Shown piece after piece: positions 19,411 to 30,462 of a stretch of 64,000 nt of DNA. Source of the stretch: a virus; IMG/VR virus record IMGVR_UViG_3300032018_000001, positions 32,001 through 96,000 of that record; one strand, given 5' to 3'. Under the pieces are notes generated by a model, which was given only the letters and a program-made list of their open reading frames with translations, was not told where the DNA came from and did no database searches. Position 1 is the stretch's first letter, and each line of letters opens with the position of its first letter. Made by a program: the position numbers and the translations under genes.

Positions 19411-21408
19411 ATGAATAGAATTCGTACCATTGACTTGCTGAAGCAGGCGGATGTAGCCTACTATAACAAAGCTGAGCCTGTTCTTGAGGATACAGAATAT
19501 ACGGAGCTTAAGGATAAGGCCCACGCTTTGTGGCCTGATGACGATTACTTTAAAACGGTAGGCGCTAAGCCTGAAGAAAAAAGTCCATGGGAGATTGTCA
19601 AGCACTCAATACCAATGGGCTCCATTGACAATATTAAAACGGAAAGCCCCAGCACCTTCATTCAGGACATTTTTACCAATACGAAAAAGTGGTGGACAAA
19701 ATTAGGCTGTCCTACGCTTCTGGCACAATACAAGCTGGACGGATTTTCTCTTAATCTTGAATACGTGCCAGCGGATACTGTGATGTCAGACGGCCCTTGT
19801 GATGAAAGCATGTTAATGAATGCTGTCATTCGCGGTGATGGTTTTGAAGGAGAGGACATTTTTAAGAATGCTATTGCCATTCAAGGAATAAAAACCAGCG
19901 GGCCTGCGGAAGTCAGGAATGTTCACTGTGAGGTTATACTTCCCAAAAAAGGCTTGGAGGTAGTCAATGAAATTCAGACACTGGCCAAAGACAAGCTTTA
20001 TGCGAATTGCAGGAATGCGGCTGCTGGCATAGCCCGGCGCTTTGACGGCAAATACTCTAAATTCCTGGCTGCTATACCGTTTGACATCATCCACGAAGGA
20101 AAGAGGCACGATAGCAATGCTATCAATCAATACAAAAAGGTTTTTGGCTTTGTCGAAACCGTCTTCATTGATACTTGGGAAGAGCTGGAGGCTTTTTACA
20201 AAGAGACGCTTGCTAAGCGTCCGGAGCTTCCGTATGACATTGACGGCATTGTTATAAAAGTGGATGACATGGCCCTTCGTAGCAAGGATAAGCCTGAGCT
20301 ACCGGAATGGTGCCGTGCCATGAAATTTCCCCCGGAAGAAAACAGTTTCAAGGTGGACACCCTTCGCTGGTACATTGGAAAGACTGGCAAGGCTACGCCT
20401 GTGGCTCACAACCATGTCGGTGTTCAGTTTCAGGCCAAGGTTATCCGTGAAGTCTCGCTTCACAACTACAATAAATTCTGCTTGCACAAGCTGGCCCCCG
20501 GCGATAAAATTTCTGTGGTCATTGCTGGGGATGTTATACCAAAGATTGAATCTGTGTTAGAGCGGTCAGGTCAGCCTATGTTTACTGCTCCCAAAAACTG
20601 CCCGGAGTGCGGGAGCTTGCTACAGGTGGATGAAAATTTCCTGTACTGCACCTCAGAAGGATGTCCCGGCCGCATAAAATCTCTTATCAGCGCCCACGTA
20701 AAAGAAATGAAGATTGAAGAGGTAGGCCCGGAGTTGATTGACAAGTTGTACAAGCTGGGACAGACCGGGGAAATAAAGTTCAATCACTTTCCTGACCTGT
20801 ACACGCTGACAACCAAAGACATCATGAGGCTGGAGGGCTACCAGGAAAAGTCTGCCATGACTGTCATAACCAATATTCACGCAAGGGTGGAGGTCTCCCT
20901 GGCTGTGTTTATTGCTTCTCTGGGTATTCCTGACATCGGTGCCAAAACCATTGAGAAGTTTGGCAATGTCAGCTTGGACGATTTATTCAAGATGTCTCTT
21001 GATAATATGCGTAAGATAGAAGGGATAGGCCCTACTACGGCTGCGAAAATTAAAGAAGGCTTGGATAACAGCTTTCTTTTAATAGGGCAGCTGTTCGGTA
21101 ACGGCATAAAAATAAAGAAAGTCAAAAGCGTCAAGGTGGACAGTGACCGGTTCAAAGGAAAGAGCTTCTGCTTCACCGGTGAATTTTTGTATATTAATGT
21201 AGACACTGGTAAGAACTATACGCGAGAAGAAGTGCAAGAATTGGTTATTAAGAATGGCGGCATTGTTAAATCCGGTGTTAGTAAAAAGCTTGATACTCTT
21301 GTTTTGGCTGATATGTTAAGTAGTAGCAATAAGGCTACTAAAGCAAAGCAGTGTGGTTGCGAGTTACTATCTGCTGAAGACTTTTTAAAAAGGGTGGGGG
21401 TATTGTGA
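19411..21408 (+). CDS. ligA: NAD-dependent DNA ligase
   Basis: 'H..PMGSI', 'YKLDG', 'RGDG..GEDI', 'NCRNAAAG', 'DGIVIKVD', C4 zinc finger, HhH, BRCT 'FCFTG...VSKKLD'. Confidence 0.95.
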   Translation: MNRIRTIDLLKQADVAYYNKAEPVLEDTEYTELKDKAHALWPDDDYFKTVGAKPEEKSPWEIVKHSIPMGSIDNIKTESPSTFIQDIFTNTKKWWTKLGCPTLLAQYKLDGFSLNLEYVPADTVMSDGPCDESMLMNAVIRGDGFEGEDIFKNAIAIQGIKTSGPAEVRNVHCEVILPKKGLEVVNEIQTLAKDKLYANCRNAAAGIARRFDGKYSKFLAAIPFDIIHEGKRHDSNAINQYKKVFGFVETVFIDTWEELEAFYKETLAKRPELPYDIDGIVIKVDDMALRSKDKPELPEWCRAMKFPPEENSFKVDTLRWYIGKTGKATPVAHNHVGVQFQAKVIREVSLHNYNKFCLHKLAPGDKISVVIAGDVIPKIESVLERSGQPMFTAPKNCPECGSLLQVDENFLYCTSEGCPGRIKSLISAHVKEMKIEEVGPELIDKLYKLGQTGEIKFNHFPDLYTLTTKDIMRLEGYQEKSAMTVITNIHARVEVSLAVFIASLGIPDIGAKTIEKFGNVSLDDLFKMSLDNMRKIEGIGPTTAAKIKEGLDNSFLLIGQLFGNGIKIKKVKSVKVDSDRFKGKSFCFTGEFLYINVDTGKNYTREEVQELVIKNGGIVKSGVSKKLDTLVLADMLSSSNKATKAKQCGCELLSAEDFLKRVGVL

Positions 21409-22043
21409 GTAACGGCAGGCCTCTTGTTGATTTAATTGGCAAGACTTTTGGCAAGTTTACAGTTATTGGGGGCCCTGTCAGGTCACAGTGGAAAAGTAAA
21501 CGGCACTTATGGTTGTGCCGATGTTCCTGCGGTTGTGGAAAAGAAAAATTAGTATCTGGTGGTAATCTTGTTAGTGGTAAGGCCAGAGGGGGGCACATAA
21601 AACATGGATTTAAAAGACGGGATAAACAGCATCCGTTGTATGTGCTTTGGTCAAACATGAGAAATCGGTGTAATAATAAAAACGAAAAATCCTACCAATA
21701 TTACGGAGGGCGCGGCATTAAGGTTTGTTCAAGGTGGGATGATTTTGTCAATTTCAAGAATGACATGGGTAAGCGCCCATCTAAAACTTATTCTATTGAC
21801 AGAATAGATAATAGTGGTAATTATTGTCCTGAAAATTGTAGGTGGTCTACTGACGTTGAACAGGCTAATAACATGACAACAAATATTATGGTTTCCTATA
21901 AAGGAAAACGTATGACATTAAAGCAGTTTGCTGCTTGTGCTAATCTTCCCTACCCAAGAGTGCGGTTTCGTTATCATAAAGGTTTAAGTCTTAGTGAGAT
22001 AATAAAAACAAAATTGTACTTTAAGCGTGCGGGGATACTATGA
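21405..22043 (+). CDS. HNH homing endonuclease
   Basis: 'YGGRGIKVCSRW', 'SIDRIDNSGNYCPENCRW...QANN'. Confidence 0.9.
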   Translation: MSNGRPLVDLIGKTFGKFTVIGGPVRSQWKSKRHLWLCRCSCGCGKEKLVSGGNLVSGKARGGHIKHGFKRRDKQHPLYVLWSNMRNRCNNKNEKSYQYYGGRGIKVCSRWDDFVNFKNDMGKRPSKTYSIDRIDNSGNYCPENCRWSTDVEQANNMTTNIMVSYKGKRMTLKQFAACANLPYPRVRFRYHKGLSLSEIIKTKLYFKRAGIL

Positions 22044-22449
22044 AAACAATACCGTTAAAGCGAAACATTGACAAAAAATATTTGCTTCACACCGGAAATC
22101 TTCTTAATGAGGATATTCGGTATTTTGAAGACAAGCTTGTTAAGGCGCTGGGTATTCCCAAAGGTGTACTTAAGCAATCTAAATTAATGTCAACGTCAGG
22201 CGCGTCTTATCTTCAATGGTGCATTAAGGATTTGAAACGCCTCCAGCTTCTGCGGGAGGCTCATGAGTTGTTGTATCAGCGTAAGCAGAGGGGTTACTGA
22301 TGAAAAAGTTGCTGCTTTACTTAAAGCATAAGCTGGGGTTTCACACGCGGGAGTGTGTTGTTCCCTGCTACAATGCTGACCGGGAAGACAAACACACCTG
22401 CAGGATTACCATGAAGGATTTTCCTAAGGACAAACTGAAATGAATAGTA

Positions 22450-22686
22450 GGCAGCTATTATGATAATGTTCAAGACTGTATTAAGAAGGGTAGAAGAGCG
22501 AGCACTAGAGGACACTGCAACGGAATGAGCAAACTAACAAATGGTAATATTATCAGGATACGACAGCTAAGAAAAAAAGGATTAAGCCAGTACCGTGTTG
22601 CTGAAATTATGGGTGTGAGTAGGAGTAACATTTATTTGATAGATAAGGGGATTACATGGAAGCACATAAAAAAAATTACAGCGTAA
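22450..22686 (+). pseudogene. 5'-truncated HNH endonuclease remnant
   Basis: reads GSYYDNVQDCIKKGRR...SKLTNGNIIRIRQL...TWKHI, like the C-half of 29992-30462; no start codon. Confidence 0.65.
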
Positions 22687-24782
22687 GTCTCGCTATCATT
22701 GTCCGTAATTCCGCGGCTGTCATAGGCCGGTGTTTGGAATCTTTGAAAGGTTTACCGGATGAGATTATCATTGTGGATACCGGCTCTACGGATAACACCA
22801 AAGAAATAGTCAACAGCTTCATGGATGATGGTCTTATTGTAAAGTTGTATGACTTCAAATGGATAAACGATTTTTCAGCTGCGAGAAATTTTGCCTTTTC
22901 CAAATGCACAAAGGACTGGATTTTTTGGGTTGACTCTGATGACATTGTGAATCCTTTTGAGAAGAGAAAAATAGAAAACCTGGATTTGGCGCACACAGAC
23001 AAAGACCAGATTCTGTTTTTGTATGATTATGCCCAGGATGCTAAGGGTGAAACTCTCAGCACGTTCTACCGTGAGCGCATGCTGAGGAGGTCTGCTAATC
23101 CTACCTGGAAAGGTAAAATTCACGAATATATCCCGGCTGCAAATTACTCCAGAGAACAAATCATCATAACGCACAAACGGCAAAGCGGCGATAGCGCTGA
23201 AAGAAATATCAAGTTGCTACGTTCGGCCATTGAGTTTGAAGAAGATAAAGAGCTACTTGCTAGGTACTACTACTATATCGGCAAAGAGCTTTACGATGTG
23301 AAGGATTGGCCTGCCTACAAAAATCAGGATTACGAGAAAAAAGCAATGGCCTACTTTGCTAAGTTTTTAAGCATGGGGGGTTTGTGCTGGTGGGAGGATG
23401 CGGCTATTGCAGCTTTGCTGCTTGCTAAGTATTACTACGCTATTGATGAAGACCTTTTCATGGAATACCTGCTTAAAGCAATAAAGATTGATAGTACAAG
23501 AGCTGAACCGTACTACTACATGGGAATTTTCTATTCAGACAGGCAGAGGTGGGAACAGGCTATTCCCTGGTACTCCATGTGCGTTCAGGTTAAACCGGCC
23601 AGTGACCTTATGGCACCGCTGCTGGACTATGAAAAGGGATTCAACACTTGGTTGCCCTGTTTACAGCTTTGCTTGTGCTACAACGGCCTGGGTAAAATAA
23701 AAGAAGCCTATGACTGGAATGAAAAGGCTATCGCTTTTGGTTCTAAGGATAGCAGGCTATTTCATAATCGAGAAGCTTTAAGGAACGCTTTACCTTCCTT
23801 GGCTATAGCACCGGTACAACCTTCAAACAAAAAAAGCGCTGATAATCTGTTTTACATTAAGCACATAATGGATGGACAGGGTAAGAAATTGAATTTGGGA
23901 TGTGGTAGTAAGACCCTGCCTGGATACGAAAACGCTGACAATTTCAAGGCTGATTTTGTTGATGCTGTTTATAACCTGTACGACATTCCTTATGAGGATG
24001 GCACCATTTCTGAAGTATTATCAGAGCATGCACTTGAACATTTGGGTAAGGAGCTCGGAGAACGAGCAATAAAGGAATGGGCCCGCGTGCTACGGCCGGG
24101 CGGTCTCCTACACCTTAAGATTCCTGACCTTGCTTTGTGCATTAGCAACTATCTCACGGCTGATGTTGTCGGCGCGGCTGCTACTATTAATGGGTATCCC
24201 GCTAAGGAATGGCACAAGTACACTATTTATGGCATTCAGAAGTCGCAGGCCGGGGAGTCAGACCAGTCGCAGTATCACGTCTGGGGTTATTCAAAGAATG
24301 AAATACGAGACTTGCTATCATCGGCCGGTTTTGTTATTGACAGTTTGGAAAACTATGACGGCTGGGGAACGCCGTCTATCGAAATCAAAGCGCACAAAAA
24401 AGTAGCAGCCAAAAAAGTAGGCTGGTGGTATCCGGAGGACTGGGATTTCGGCCCCGTTAGAATACGTGCATTGAACATTGATAAGTGGCTAAAGGCCAAA
24501 GGTTATAATTCTGAAATAATAGCCAATGTTGAACAGGGGGCGCTTTGCGACATTGTGATAGTAGGCGACTTCAGTGAACACACACTTCAAGGAATAAAAG
24601 AATTAAGGAAGCGCGGTATCATTGTTATCTGTAACCTCTGCGAAGAGCTGCATCATGAAAGCGTGTATTCCGTGCTCAAGGAATGTGACACGGTAGTATG
24701 CTGCTCTACTAAGCTTGCGGAATGGGCCAAGCAGTACAGTGAGACAGTAACGGTGATTGAGGACGCCTATGAAACAAAGTAA
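22656..24782 (+). CDS. GT2 glycosyltransferase + TPR + SAM methyltransferase fusion
   Basis: 'IIIVDTGSTD', 'DFSAARN', 'WVDSDD'; TPR-like helices; 'LNLGCG', 'HALEHL', 'RVLRPGG'. Confidence 0.9.
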   Translation: MEAHKKNYSVSLAIIVRNSAAVIGRCLESLKGLPDEIIIVDTGSTDNTKEIVNSFMDDGLIVKLYDFKWINDFSAARNFAFSKCTKDWIFWVDSDDIVNPFEKRKIENLDLAHTDKDQILFLYDYAQDAKGETLSTFYRERMLRRSANPTWKGKIHEYIPAANYSREQIIITHKRQSGDSAERNIKLLRSAIEFEEDKELLARYYYYIGKELYDVKDWPAYKNQDYEKKAMAYFAKFLSMGGLCWWEDAAIAALLLAKYYYAIDEDLFMEYLLKAIKIDSTRAEPYYYMGIFYSDRQRWEQAIPWYSMCVQVKPASDLMAPLLDYEKGFNTWLPCLQLCLCYNGLGKIKEAYDWNEKAIAFGSKDSRLFHNREALRNALPSLAIAPVQPSNKKSADNLFYIKHIMDGQGKKLNLGCGSKTLPGYENADNFKADFVDAVYNLYDIPYEDGTISEVLSEHALEHLGKELGERAIKEWARVLRPGGLLHLKIPDLALCISNYLTADVVGAAATINGYPAKEWHKYTIYGIQKSQAGESDQSQYHVWGYSKNEIRDLLSSAGFVIDSLENYDGWGTPSIEIKAHKKVAAKKVGWWYPEDWDFGPVRIRALNIDKWLKAKGYNSEIIANVEQGALCDIVIVGDFSEHTLQGIKELRKRGIIVICNLCEELHHESVYSVLKECDTVVCCSTKLAEWAKQYSETVTVIEDAYETK

Positions 24783-25452
24783 TATTGTAAAGCCTGTCCA
24801 CGGCTGGTTTCATATTGCGGCAATGCTGGGCGGCGAATACATAGCAGCTGAGCTGCATGGGCGCTTGCTTCAGAGCAGGCTGTACGAAGCCAGCACGGCT
24901 ATTCACGTTTCTATTGTAGGAAATATTGAACAAGCAGCACGCCTCCGTGATTACATTTTTAGCCGTCATAGCAAGTATGATGTTTTTTACGTGAGTGCTA
25001 ATCTTGAAGACTATGAGTGGCCCGCTCTAGTTGATATGTATAAAATGGCACACAATGCGGACATAAATTGTTTTTACATCCATACTAAGGGTGCCAGTAA
25101 TTGCAGACCTGATGTTCCTGCATCAATTCAGAAAAATATTCGCTGTTGGCGAGATGTGATGTGCCACTATACTATCGGCAGGCACGCGGAATGCCAGCAG
25201 CTTCTCAATTTGGGCTACGATACCGTAGGCCCTCTCTTTAAATTTGACAGGCATTACGCTGGAAATTTTTGGTGGAGTAAATCTTCCTATTTATGCACGC
25301 TGCCGTATCCAACAGGAAATAGAATGCAAGCCGAAGGCTGGGTTACTGAATGTGGAAAGCCAAAAGTATTTAACCAGTTTTCTGTGGATTCTGATGACCT
25401 GTACGGGTTTGATGGCGGCAATCCTTTCAAGGAGTGGAGGCAATCCGTATGA
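24769..25452 (+). CDS. putative glycosyltransferase-associated protein
   Basis: 'FYIHTKG', 'HYAGNFWW' motifs; lies within the glycan cluster. Confidence 0.55.
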   Translation: MKQSNIVKPVHGWFHIAAMLGGEYIAAELHGRLLQSRLYEASTAIHVSIVGNIEQAARLRDYIFSRHSKYDVFYVSANLEDYEWPALVDMYKMAHNADINCFYIHTKGASNCRPDVPASIQKNIRCWRDVMCHYTIGRHAECQQLLNLGYDTVGPLFKFDRHYAGNFWWSKSSYLCTLPYPTGNRMQAEGWVTECGKPKVFNQFSVDSDDLYGFDGGNPFKEWRQSV

Positions 25453-25958
25453 CAACCTGCTTAAACGTAGGATGCAACGACATTCAGCTGGAAGGTTTTA
25501 TTAATATTGATTTGAATCCTTCCGTTAAACCCGATTTGATTTGGGATGCTACCAAACTACGCGATAAATTTGTTAATGATTCTGTGGACTTTATTTTTTG
25601 CGGACATTTCCTGGAGCACTTCAGTGTTGCCGTTTCTTCTGTTATAGTTAGAGATTTTTATAGCATGTTAAAACCCTATGGCTGCGTGGCCGCTATTGTT
25701 CCTGATTTTAAAAAAGCAGTAGGCGTTACTGCATCAGTGGAGCTTACTACGCCTGAGATAGAAAGAATTGTTTTGGCAGAAGGAACTCATAAAATGATTT
25801 TCACCGAGGATAGATTGGTATCAATTTTTGAACATCAAGGTTTTTCTGCTATCCCAGCTCCTGTAACGCTTTTGCCTTGGTGCCGGTTTCCTGAAGTGCC
25901 TTGGCAATCTGCAGTGCTTGCTATGAAGCATCCCACAGTAAATTTTACGACTGGATGA
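25449..25958 (+). CDS. class I SAM methyltransferase
   Basis: 'LNVGC', 'FINID', 'HFLEH', 'LKPYG...VPD'. Confidence 0.8.
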   Translation: MTTCLNVGCNDIQLEGFINIDLNPSVKPDLIWDATKLRDKFVNDSVDFIFCGHFLEHFSVAVSSVIVRDFYSMLKPYGCVAAIVPDFKKAVGVTASVELTTPEIERIVLAEGTHKMIFTEDRLVSIFEHQGFSAIPAPVTLLPWCRFPEVPWQSAVLAMKHPTVNFTTG

Positions 25959-25959
25959 T

Positions 25960-26601
25960 ATGAAAAACCTTGATGCTATTGCTATTGCCTGTGGAACAGA
26001 TAAGTCGAGCGAGCGTCATTATTACACCCGCTATTATCAAACGCACATTGGTCATTTGGAGGATAAAGAGATAAAGGTGCTTGAGATAGGTGTGCATCTA
26101 GGCTACTCTCTGAGTATGTGGAGTCAGTATTTTTCTAATGCTTTGATATATGGCATTGACATTGAGCATCTGCAACACCTGAGCAAGGGTAATGTCACCG
26201 TGTTGCAAGGAGACCAGAACGACCCGGAATTTTTGCGAGAGCTTAGCAGGATGTACGGCCCTTTCGATTTGATTGTGGATGATGGCAGTCATCACAATGT
26301 TCACATGCGGACAAGCTTTGATACGCTATTTCCGTTGCTGACCCCAAAAGGTATTTACGTTGTGGAAGATTTATACTGCTGCTATTGGACTGACCTTTAC
26401 GGAACAGGTCTGCCCCGGTTCACAGATTATTTATTGGAGCTCATTGATGCTTTGCATTGCCGCGGTAAGACAGACTATGTGAATCAAGATAAGCCATTTG
26501 TGCCAAGCTACACGGAGCATCTGGGAGAGCGCACGGAAATGGAGAAAATTATTAACGCTATTCATCTATACAGGGGCATAGCATTCATCCACAAAAATTA
26601 G
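25960..26601 (+). CDS. class I SAM (sugar O-) methyltransferase
   Basis: 'GTDK', 'VLEIGV', 'GDQND', 'FDLIVDDGSH', 'GIYVVED'. Confidence 0.85.
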   Translation: MKNLDAIAIACGTDKSSERHYYTRYYQTHIGHLEDKEIKVLEIGVHLGYSLSMWSQYFSNALIYGIDIEHLQHLSKGNVTVLQGDQNDPEFLRELSRMYGPFDLIVDDGSHHNVHMRTSFDTLFPLLTPKGIYVVEDLYCCYWTDLYGTGLPRFTDYLLELIDALHCRGKTDYVNQDKPFVPSYTEHLGERTEMEKIINAIHLYRGIAFIHKN

Positions 26602-26608
26602 GAGTAGT

Positions 26609-29600
26609 ATGATTTACGATTGCTTCCTATTCTATAATGAGTTTGACATTCTGGAAATCAGGCTTAACGAGCTGAATTCTGTTGTGGATAAGTTCGTGCT
26701 GATAGAATCTCCACTTACGTTTACCGGGAAACCTAAGCCCTGCTATTTCTTTGAAGACAAGAGTGGGCGCTTTGACAAATTTAAAGATAAAATTATTAAC
26801 TGGGCATTTGACTCTGGCAAAAACAATGAGCTTACTGCATGGCAAAGAGAGCACATGCAGCGTGATGTTATAAAAAGTATCTTGGTAGAAGACGAATCCC
26901 TGAAGGATGATGACATCGTTTTCTTTTCCGATGTGGAAGAGATAAATAGAAAAGATACAGTAGCTTTTGTTTGTGATGGTATTGAGCGCGGGTATTACGA
27001 TGCTGCTATACTTCAGCATAGAACAAGCTACTACTACTTCAATAATACTTTTATTGACAATCCGTGCCCTATGGCCAAAGCGTGCTCAGGAAAGTTTTTC
27101 AAAGGTGTTACCCCCAGTCAGTTCAGAGATATTACAGGAGCGATAGAAGAGGTAACACGGATACGAACAATTAAGAACTGCGGCTGGAATTTTTCTAACC
27201 TTGGCACGCCTCAGCAGTTGAAAACCAAGTTGGAGGCTTTTTCACACCAGGAGTATAAACATCTGTTTACAGAAGAGAATATCGCTAAGAACAAAGCAGC
27301 CTGCACGGATTTGTTTGAGCGGCCGGGTAAGCAGCATGAGTTTCATATCATTCCTTTGGACGATAGCTTTCCGGAATTCATCCTGCGGAATAAGGAGCGC
27401 TTCAAGGATTACATCACAGGCCCGGAAGACTTGGGGCTCCTGCAAGATTTGAGTGCTATCACTAAAAAGCACTATCCTGATGGTTTTCCAGAAAGTAAAT
27501 CGACTGAAGAGTTTTATCTTCCCGGTGTAGGATTTCTTCCTACCGCTGACGCTCATAGAAAGTTCGGACAGGAGCTTATGGATTATTCGATGGGAAAAAA
27601 GCTTCAGGTGTACTGGTTTGGGTATGGCGGAGGAGCCCATTATGCGGAAGCATTGCGGCCGTTGATTGAGGAGCTGGGAATGCAGCTGGTTACTATTCAC
27701 GAGCAGGCTAATGCAGACGTGAAATGGGATAGGAAGACTTGGCTTGCTGAGCTTAACAAGGCGGATATAATTATTTTACCGTGCAAGGTGGGAGGTTCCG
27801 CCAAGAGTAGCAACCGTCTGGCGCAGGCACTGTCTTTGGGTAAACCAGTCATATGCTCGCCGCTGGCCTCTTACTTAGAGCTTGAAAGTAAGTATCCGGA
27901 CTGCTGTAGGTTTGCAAGAGAGGAGATTGATTGGCGAGAAGCACTGTCTTACTATGCTACAGCAGCACGCCATGTAGGTTCTCCTATTCGCAAAAACGCA
28001 GTCAAGGACTACAGTATTGACAGCATAGGAGCTAAATGGGTTAGTCTTTTCTCTTCTGATTTTAAAGCTCGTAAGGTTGTGCATAGAGTTACTGTTGATA
28101 AGGAAGGAAAGGCCGGTATCAAGTTTGGTGCATTATCAAGACACACTCAGACGGTTGATATTATAATTCCCACAGCAAATAATTTTGAGCTGCTTAAAAT
28201 CTGCGTTGATAGCATCCGGGCCTGCACGAATGTTTCTTATAAGATAATCATCGTAGATAATGGCACCGGTGCGGGCACGTACAGTGCTACCTTCGTGTGG
28301 GCTAGAGAACAGAATGACGTGCTGTACGTGGGGTCTCCTGCCCGGCTGGTATTTTCAGAAGCAATCAACATGGGTATCCGTTCCTCAGATGCAAAGTACG
28401 TCTGTCTTCTGAATGATGATACCATAGTAAGCAGAGGCTGGGTTGAAGAGATGATAGCCGTCTGCGGGAATGGTGTGGGCGCTGTAGGCGTACTATCAAA
28501 CTGTGACAAAGGCTGGCAACACAACATCAGCATTAAGGCCGGTAGTGTAGCCCTGCTTCCTGGCTTAAACACGTTGGAGGAGATACGCCCTGTCATACCA
28601 GAAATCTACAAACTAGGGCCTGACTACACTGTTAAAAGCGAGCGCTCGCCGGTGCATGCTCAGGACTGGATTGCTTTCTACTGCACTCTTATTCCACGAA
28701 AGGTTATTGATGAGGTGGGCTTCTTGGATGAGGGATTCAGAAATTCAGGTGAAGATGTTGACTACTGCAAACGTATAACCAAAGCAGGATATAAAATCAT
28801 TCAGAACTATGACGCTGTGGTTTTTCATTTTGGAGCGGTAGGCAGGAAGCAGCTGGAGAAAGAAAATTATGAAGCATACCATGCAGCTGATAGAAATACG
28901 CAGAACTACTTGAAGGATAAGCATGATAATCAGGGGCTTATTGTTTTGTACTCTGGTAAAGCATGGGAAAAGTGGGACGGTGATTCCGTTGTTAAGGGTA
29001 TAGGAGGGTCTGAGACTTGGCAGGTTATGCTGGCGGAAGAGTTCTCTAAGCTTAATTACCGCGTGATAAGTTTCTGCGATTGCCCGGAAACATGCAAGAC
29101 AATCAACGGCGTGCGTTACATGCACTATTCGGAGTTTCACGCTTTCGCGTGGGTAAACTGGATTGACCTATTAATTTCTTCCCGGACAACGGAGTGCTTG
29201 GAATATGCGCGGGCGTCAAAAAAGCTGGTCATGGTGCACGATGTTTACCTTACGCGGGAAGGTGGACTGCCTCCTCATGATGATAAGGTGGACTATTATC
29301 TGTGTTTGTCAAGGGCCCACAAAGAATATTTTTCTCAATGGCAGCATGTTCAGGATAGTAAAATCCTGATTACATCAAACGGCATTGACCTTGACCGCTT
29401 TGCGAAAGCAGCACATCCGCGTAAAGACAAGTTCAAGTGTATCTATTCCAGCTCCCCAGACCGCGGACTGGAAGCGCTGCTGCTTATGTGGCCTGAGATA
29501 AAGCGCAGGGTGCCTGAGGCTACGCTGGACATATACTACGGATTCAACAACTACTGGTCTCTGACGGATGCGTGGCGGGTAAAGATGGAGGAGCTGATGA

Positions 29601-30010
29601 AGGCTCCGGGTGTTGCTTATCATGGCCGGGTAGGGCAGGATGAGCTGGCCAAGGCTTTTTACAGTAGCAAGCTGCTGCTGTATCCGTGCTCCTTTGAGGA
29701 GACCTTTTGCATCACGGCGCTGGAGGCTATGGCTGCTGGCTGCATCGTGCTGAGTTCCCGGTACTGGGGAATACAAACAACGGTTAACGATGTTGGAATT
29801 TTGATTTCAATAAAAAGCGGAAAGGAAGTTTACGAAAAGGAGTATCAGGACGTTTTTATTTCTATGGCTGTGGAAGTGCTTACTGAAGATGACAAAGGCT
29901 ACTACTGTGAGGTGGAAGGGCCTAAAAGAGCCGCTACTATGACTTGGAAGTGCGTAGCGCGTCAGTTTATCACATTTTTGGAAAAAAAAGAATGGAAAGA
30001 AATACAATAG
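26609..30010 (+). CDS. multidomain glycosyltransferase (GT17-like + GT-B + GT2 + GT4)
   Basis: 'MIYDCFLFYNEFDILEIRLNEL'; 'CLLNDD', 'EDVDYC'; 'YSSSPDRGL', 'ETFCITALEA'. Confidence 0.9.
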   Translation: MIYDCFLFYNEFDILEIRLNELNSVVDKFVLIESPLTFTGKPKPCYFFEDKSGRFDKFKDKIINWAFDSGKNNELTAWQREHMQRDVIKSILVEDESLKDDDIVFFSDVEEINRKDTVAFVCDGIERGYYDAAILQHRTSYYYFNNTFIDNPCPMAKACSGKFFKGVTPSQFRDITGAIEEVTRIRTIKNCGWNFSNLGTPQQLKTKLEAFSHQEYKHLFTEENIAKNKAACTDLFERPGKQHEFHIIPLDDSFPEFILRNKERFKDYITGPEDLGLLQDLSAITKKHYPDGFPESKSTEEFYLPGVGFLPTADAHRKFGQELMDYSMGKKLQVYWFGYGGGAHYAEALRPLIEELGMQLVTIHEQANADVKWDRKTWLAELNKADIIILPCKVGGSAKSSNRLAQALSLGKPVICSPLASYLELESKYPDCCRFAREEIDWREALSYYATAARHVGSPIRKNAVKDYSIDSIGAKWVSLFSSDFKARKVVHRVTVDKEGKAGIKFGALSRHTQTVDIIIPTANNFELLKICVDSIRACTNVSYKIIIVDNGTGAGTYSATFVWAREQNDVLYVGSPARLVFSEAINMGIRSSDAKYVCLLNDDTIVSRGWVEEMIAVCGNGVGAVGVLSNCDKGWQHNISIKAGSVALLPGLNTLEEIRPVIPEIYKLGPDYTVKSERSPVHAQDWIAFYCTLIPRKVIDEVGFLDEGFRNSGEDVDYCKRITKAGYKIIQNYDAVVFHFGAVGRKQLEKENYEAYHAADRNTQNYLKDKHDNQGLIVLYSGKAWEKWDGDSVVKGIGGSETWQVMLAEEFSKLNYRVISFCDCPETCKTINGVRYMHYSEFHAFAWVNWIDLLISSRTTECLEYARASKKLVMVHDVYLTREGGLPPHDDKVDYYLCLSRAHKEYFSQWQHVQDSKILITSNGIDLDRFAKAAHPRKDKFKCIYSSSPDRGLEALLLMWPEIKRRVPEATLDIYYGFNNYWSLTDAWRVKMEELMKAPGVAYHGRVGQDELAKAFYSSKLLLYPCSFEETFCITALEAMAAGCIVLSSRYWGIQTTVNDVGILISIKSGKEVYEKEYQDVFISMAVEVLTEDDKGYYCEVEGPKRAATMTWKCVARQFITFLEKKEWKEIQ

Positions 30011-30462
30011 TAAGACGTTTTTGGGCTAAAGTACAAGTCTGTGAAACTGATTCTTGCTGGAATTGGCTTGGTGCTTTAGATAAGGATGGTTATGGAAGAT
30101 TTAGTTATAATAAAGATAAAAAATCTGAGAGTTCTAATAGGGTTGCTTTAGAGCTTAAATTAAAACGGCCTATTCTGGCAGGGTATAAGGCCTGTCATAC
30201 TTGCGATAATACTTCTTGTGTAAACCCTAAGCATTTATACGAAGGGACAGTGCTCGATAACATTAAAGATAGAGTTTTGAGACATAGAAGTGCTTGTGGA
30301 GAGCAGAGCGGTGTGGCAAAACTGTCCAATAAGGATGTTATTGAAATACGAAAATTAGGTTTACAAGAAAAGTCTACTACTAAAATAGGAAAAATATTCG
30401 GTATTACGAGATTAACCGTATATAGGATAACTAGTAGGAAATTATGGAGACACATTGGATAG
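29992..30462 (+). CDS. HNH endonuclease
   Basis: 'CWNW.G', 'GYG', 'CHTCDNTSCVNPKHL.EGT..DN..D'. Confidence 0.9.
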   Translation: MERNTIVRRFWAKVQVCETDSCWNWLGALDKDGYGRFSYNKDKKSESSNRVALELKLKRPILAGYKACHTCDNTSCVNPKHLYEGTVLDNIKDRVLRHRSACGEQSGVAKLSNKDVIEIRKLGLQEKSTTKIGKIFGITRLTVYRITSRKLWRHIG

